Origin: a virus
Lineage: Duplodnaviria > Caudoviricetes
Strand: one strand, 5' to 3'
Length of the DNA: 64,000 nt
IMG/VR virus record: IMGVR_UViG_3300029305_005387
Part shown: in pieces, positions 60,431 to 64,000 of the stretch
Numbering within the stretch: the first letter of the stretch is position 1
Layout of the letters: every line of letters begins with the position of its first letter
The notes under the pieces: model-generated
Databases searched by the model: none
Seen by the model: the letters and a program-made list of their open reading frames with translations, nothing else
What the model was told of the DNA's origin: nothing
Made by a program: the position numbers and the translations under genes

Positions 60431-60640
60431 ATGATTCAGTATGATAAGAGTCAATATTATATTGACTTCAGTGATAGGGATAACTTAACTAATGATGAGA
60501 AGAAAGCATTAGAAAATATTCAGATGTTATATCGCCCAATAGAGAGAGTGGAGTACCTAATTGAATATCGGATCACTGGGAAGATTACATCTGATGAATT
60601 TGAAAAAATGACAGGATTACCATATGATTTCAATGGATAA
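60431..60640 (+). CDS. Small hypothetical protein
   Basis: RBS aaggagg; followed by palindrome. Confidence 0.55.
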   Translation: MIQYDKSQYYIDFSDRDNLTNDEKKALENIQMLYRPIERVEYLIEYRITGKITSDEFEKMTGLPYDFNG

Positions 60641-60642
60641 TT

Positions 60643-60686
60643 ATAAAAATAAAATGGGAGGTCATGACCTCCCATTTTATTTTTAT
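60643..60686. terminator. Perfect 44-bp palindrome, bidirectional terminator-like
   Basis: ataaaaataaaatgggaggtca|tgacctcccattttatttttat. Confidence 0.8.
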
Positions 60687-60701
60687 TTTTCTAATGACAA
60701 G

Positions 60702-61238
60702 TTAATCTGTATAACAGTTAACCCACTTATATTTCCACATATTTCCAGCACCTGTGATCACTGCATAATCCTGATATGGATGTTCCTGATGTTCTCTTGT
60801 GTCATGATTATTTTCTTTCAAGAAATCGATAAATTCCTCACGAGTAATGTCTCTGTCGAATGTAAAATCAATCATTCGATATCCGTCTCCATAATGAATA
60901 TGTTTAACAGAAGTCTTTTCGTCAATTACCTTGAAAGGAATCTTTTCAGGAACAACTTTTTCATCTTTAATACACTCAGATGTAGGAATTAAACTGTACA
61001 CGTTAATGAGATCATAAATAGAACCGGACTCTGTAATGATAGTAATGCCATTTTGTAACTTTTCGACATGAACAACTTTTGTTGTCAACCAGATACATTC
61101 GTTGTTAGTAATATCGATAAAACCAGCACGTTTGTAGTAGTCATCATGAACTTTGCTATTGGATTTAACTTTAAACAGTTTACCATTGAGAATCGCTTTG
61201 TCACCACTGAGTGGATTTTTAAGTGTATAAATATTCAT
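60702..61238 (-). CDS. Hypothetical early protein
   Basis: 178-aa ORF; TATATTAT at 61273-61280 (minus). Confidence 0.6.
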   Translation of the reverse strand: MNIYTLKNPLSGDKAILNGKLFKVKSNSKVHDDYYKRAGFIDITNNECIWLTTKVVHVEKLQNGITIITESGSIYDLINVYSLIPTSECIKDEKVVPEKIPFKVIDEKTSVKHIHYGDGYRMIDFTFDRDITREEFIDFLKENNHDTREHQEHPYQDYAVITGAGNMWKYKWVNCYTD

Positions 61239-61303
61239 ATTTTATACCTACCTTTCTTATTATTCTATATTAATAATATATTAGAGAATTATAAGAATAT
61301 ACG

Positions 61304-62512
61304 TTAATCAACGTTGAAGTTCATATTGTCAAATTGTTTAATGTCTGCATTTCCTTTACACATGATATTGTATAGATATTCATCTTTCTTATACTTCTTA
61401 ACCATTTTGAATCCACATTTATTATACAAATTCATTGCTACTTCGTTATCAGATTTTACAAACACATATAGTCCTTTATTTGGATTCATTTCAAGAATAA
61501 TATCTTTATAAATTTCATCCAATAATAAACTTGCTAATCCTTTGTGACGATATGCTAATTTTGTTTCAACATCATGAATCAATATCCAGTCAAATCCAGG
61601 CATATCATAATCAACAAATTCTATTTTACAAATAATTTCTTTATCTTTCTTATTTATGATATTATATTCTCGACGAAATTTCAATATCATAACATCTTCA
61701 GCAGTGACGCTTTCTTTCAACACATCTATTTTCTTTCTTGGAAAATCTGGATCTTCGTTATTATTCTCATGATAATTAATATTTAAACGTGTATAGTCAG
61801 GCATTACAAGGTTTCCATTTTTATATTTAAATACTTTATAAGGATCACCAAACGTTGAAATATAAGTGTCTGCAGCTCGCTCCCAACATGTTTCTGATTT
61901 ATTTAGAACACTTTTTATTGGCGTATTAAAGAATACTACTAATGCATCAATTTCATCTGGACTAAGAATTCTAGTATTCTTTAAATGATGTGCTGAATAA
62001 GTAGCACTATTGAGGGAAATATATGCAATTTTATTTTTACCATTAATGAATTCAATATGAACATGTGGATCATTAGTTCCTTCATTACGTTGCATAACCT
62101 TTATTCTGAAACCGAATCCTTTACGTTTATAATACTCATCACACTTATTCATATCAGGAATAATTTCAGCCATTTCACCAAAGAAGAAATCATATCCATC
62201 AATATATTCAACATCGTTACTATTATAATTTACAATTAATTCAGCATTCTCTTTTGCATTAATCATTGTAGATTCATAAACATCCAGAAATTCATTTACA
62301 TATTCCATCAATGCTTCATTCTCTGGAACTTTGAATATTTCACTTTGATAAAACCATTTACGAACACCATCTTCAAATTCTAATAAATAAGCAGGTTCAG
62401 TTGATACTGAAGTGAGTTGATGATTTACTTTCGAAATGATTCCATATTTATCAAATGATTTACCATTACTTTTAATAGCTACTTTGTCTTTTAAATTGTA
62501 TTCTACTTTCAT
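61304..62512 (-). CDS. KOW/SH3-like + DUF4160-like + GNAT acetyltransferase (paralog family member 3)
   Basis: YNLKDKVAIK; FGEMA; NEGTNDPHVHI; MPDY; GNAT motifs VETKLAYRHKGLAS and V..DNEVAMNLYNKCGF; TATATTAT at 62597-62604. Confidence 0.65.
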   Translation of the reverse strand: MKVEYNLKDKVAIKSNGKSFDKYGIISKVNHQLTSVSTEPAYLLEFEDGVRKWFYQSEIFKVPENEALMEYVNEFLDVYESTMINAKENAELIVNYNSNDVEYIDGYDFFFGEMAEIIPDMNKCDEYYKRKGFGFRIKVMQRNEGTNDPHVHIEFINGKNKIAYISLNSATYSAHHLKNTRILSPDEIDALVVFFNTPIKSVLNKSETCWERAADTYISTFGDPYKVFKYKNGNLVMPDYTRLNINYHENNNEDPDFPRKKIDVLKESVTAEDVMILKFRREYNIINKKDKEIICKIEFVDYDMPGFDWILIHDVETKLAYRHKGLASLLLDEIYKDIILEMNPNKGLYVFVKSDNEVAMNLYNKCGFKMVKKYKKDEYLYNIMCKGNADIKQFDNMNFNVD

Positions 62513-62617
62513 TTTATTATCCCTCTCTTAAAATATTTTTAATCATATTTCCCTTTGCCCAAAAATAATCATTTAGGATATATAAGATATATAAATATAA
62601 TATATAATTTAAGAATA

Positions 62618-62652
62618 ATTAAAGAAGGAGGGAAATTCCCTCCTTCTTTAAT
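62618..62652. terminator. Palindrome (1-nt centre)
   Basis: attaaagaaggagggaa-a-ttccctccttctttaat. Confidence 0.75.
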
Positions 62653-62656
62653 CCTT

Positions 62657-63517
62657 TTATTTATTAAACCAGTCTTTTAGCATTGATTGTGTTTTATTAC
62701 GAATGAATCTATCATTGATAGGCTGAACGTAAGTATTAGCTCCTTCGGTGATTACGACTGAATTACCTGTTGAAGTTAAACCAACAATATCTTTTTCGTC
62801 TAAACCAAAAGATTCACATATCCAATTGGCTTCTCTTGAATTAGCAGCAGCCATTTTTGCAAGTTCAGGTAAAAAGATAATTGTGCAACCAAGCTGTTTA
62901 GAAGCTTCTTCTACAGACTCCTGAATTGGTTGATTAATTTTAGCTTGTGCGAGTTTATGTGAGGGGTACAATACCCAGTCATATCCGATTAATTTTCGGA
63001 CTCGGACCACTGGTTTTCCATAAGTATTGTCAAGAGAGCCTAATACCCTAGCACTAAAGCATGGAATGATTTTTCCATCAACAATTTTAATAGCCATATT
63101 CATACCTGCATCAGTACCTGAATCTGTTTGAATAGATGCTTCAAGAAGATTACCAACGAGACGAGGTCTTCTAATATAATGAGAAGATCTTGTCATATCT
63201 ATATTTGATATACGTTGAATAGTTAATTCTTCACCTTGATATGCTGGAGTAGGATGATCAATCTCACCCATCCATGAATTTTGTTTCAACATAGATTGAA
63301 TATAATCATCATTATTGATACAATCCATAATATTTTGAGCTTCATAAATACGTCTATTTCTATTTTGATCACCAAAAGATTGAAGAACAGCATCAAATGT
63401 AAGGTAGAATCTATTACCTCTATCATGGACTTCATATCCAAAATTTCCAGCGTAGTCATCATCAAAAGAAGTCTGCTCATGTATATAGCAAAGTGTATTT
63501 AAATCAAGTTTTTGCAT
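62657..63517 (-). CDS. Prohead core protease (T4 gp21-like)
   Basis: LQ...NRNRRIY; GEIDHP; SHYI; FSARVLGS; YDWVLYPSH. Confidence 0.82.
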   Translation of the reverse strand: MQKLDLNTLCYIHEQTSFDDDYAGNFGYEVHDRGNRFYLTFDAVLQSFGDQNRNRRIYEAQNIMDCINNDDYIQSMLKQNSWMGEIDHPTPAYQGEELTIQRISNIDMTRSSHYIRRPRLVGNLLEASIQTDSGTDAGMNMAIKIVDGKIIPCFSARVLGSLDNTYGKPVVRVRKLIGYDWVLYPSHKLAQAKINQPIQESVEEASKQLGCTIIFLPELAKMAAANSREANWICESFGLDEKDIVGLTSTGNSVVITEGANTYVQPINDRFIRNKTQSMLKDWFNK

Positions 63518-63535
63518 ATTTATACACCTTCTTTC

Positions 63536-64000
63536 TTAACAACAATCCCATGTGAACATTACATGATCAAATCTATTTCTTGCAAGATCTTCTTTACTGA
63601 TGAAGAAGTTAGCAATACCACAATCGCCCCACATCATACCTGCTTCAGAATCTAACTGAAGTAATAGAATGCTATGTTTCTTATCGCGAGGGTCGAATTG
63701 TGTGAAGCTTGGATAGCCACCAAGTCTGGTTCCATAAGATTCATTAAGTTCACAATAAATCTTCCAAGCTACTTTATCTACTTCATTTGGAATCTGAGAC
63801 CATGTCTTCCAATCAGTTCCAAACTCAGCATTCAAATACTTACAGAGAAGATCTGAATAACTTAATTTATCACATTTACCATCAATTGTATACTCCGTAG
63901 AGCTCTGAATACCAATCTTCTGAACAGATGCAGTTGGATAATAAACACCCTGAATAGGTGCGTAATCATCTTCATCATACTTGTTATTAGTATCCTTCAA
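63536..64000 (-). CDS. DUF1963/YwqG-family protein, C-terminal part (partial)
   Basis: LGGYPSFTQ.DPR; LLLQLDS; MMWGDCG..NFFI...DL...FTWDC. Confidence 0.8.
   Translation of the reverse strand: MKDTNNKYDEDDYAPIQGVYYPTASVQKIGIQSSTEYTIDGKCDKLSYSDLLCKYLNAEFGTDWKTWSQIPNEVDKVAWKIYCELNESYGTRLGGYPSFTQFDPRDKKHSILLLQLDSEAGMMWGDCGIANFFISKEDLARNRFDHVMFTWDCC

Noticed and set aside
14692-60686. Palindromes as MITE/REP elements or protelomerase sites
   Set aside because: No shared sequence family, target-site duplications, transposase or protelomerase in the window; positions at gene ends fit terminators
904-63856. Numerous 60-150 aa ORFs antisense or out of frame within long genes (e.g. 11325-11762, 25008-25451, 35002-35373, 39813-40271, 60624-60992)
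   Set aside because: No RBS or recognisable motifs; typical shadow ORFs
1-64000. CRISPR array, tRNA or rRNA genes
   Set aside because: No regularly spaced direct repeats; the palindromes are unrelated in sequence; no cloverleaf or T-loop signature seen by eye (tRNAscan not run)

Overview
AT-rich, gene-dense 64-kb segment of a jumbo myophage in the standard genetic code. The host is probably an anaerobic Firmicute (Clostridia-like), judging from strong GGAGG RBSs, a class III RNR and an Amidase_2/SH3b endolysin. It resembles AR9/PBS1/phiKZ-type phages. It encodes the N-terminal half of a multisubunit RNA polymerase beta subunit, split by an ORF-less group I intron (31917-32307), plus TATATTAT early-promoter motifs and a GroEL-like chaperonin. 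Structural genes include a T4 gp20-like portal, a gp21-like prohead protease, baseplate/tail proteins and many probable internal head proteins with [ILVFM]-x-E motifs. DNA and nucleotide genes include an SF2 helicase with a class 3 mini-intein, SbcD/Mre11, RusA, RNase HI, Dcd, ThyX, Tmk and NrdD. The most notable observations are: (1) a kinase-phosphatase-kinase locus, where two minimal kinases carry head-protein-like leaders and the phosphatase has its own early promoter; (2) an in-frame stop in one kinase leader created by a 9-nt insertion that perfects a palindrome, alongside many loop-less 30-44 bp intergenic palindromes; (3) an NrdD-glutaredoxin-ferredoxin:thioredoxin-reductase triple fusion; (4) a dispersed KOW-'EMA'-DUF4160-like paralog family. 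All assignments come from motif recognition by eye; no database searches were run.
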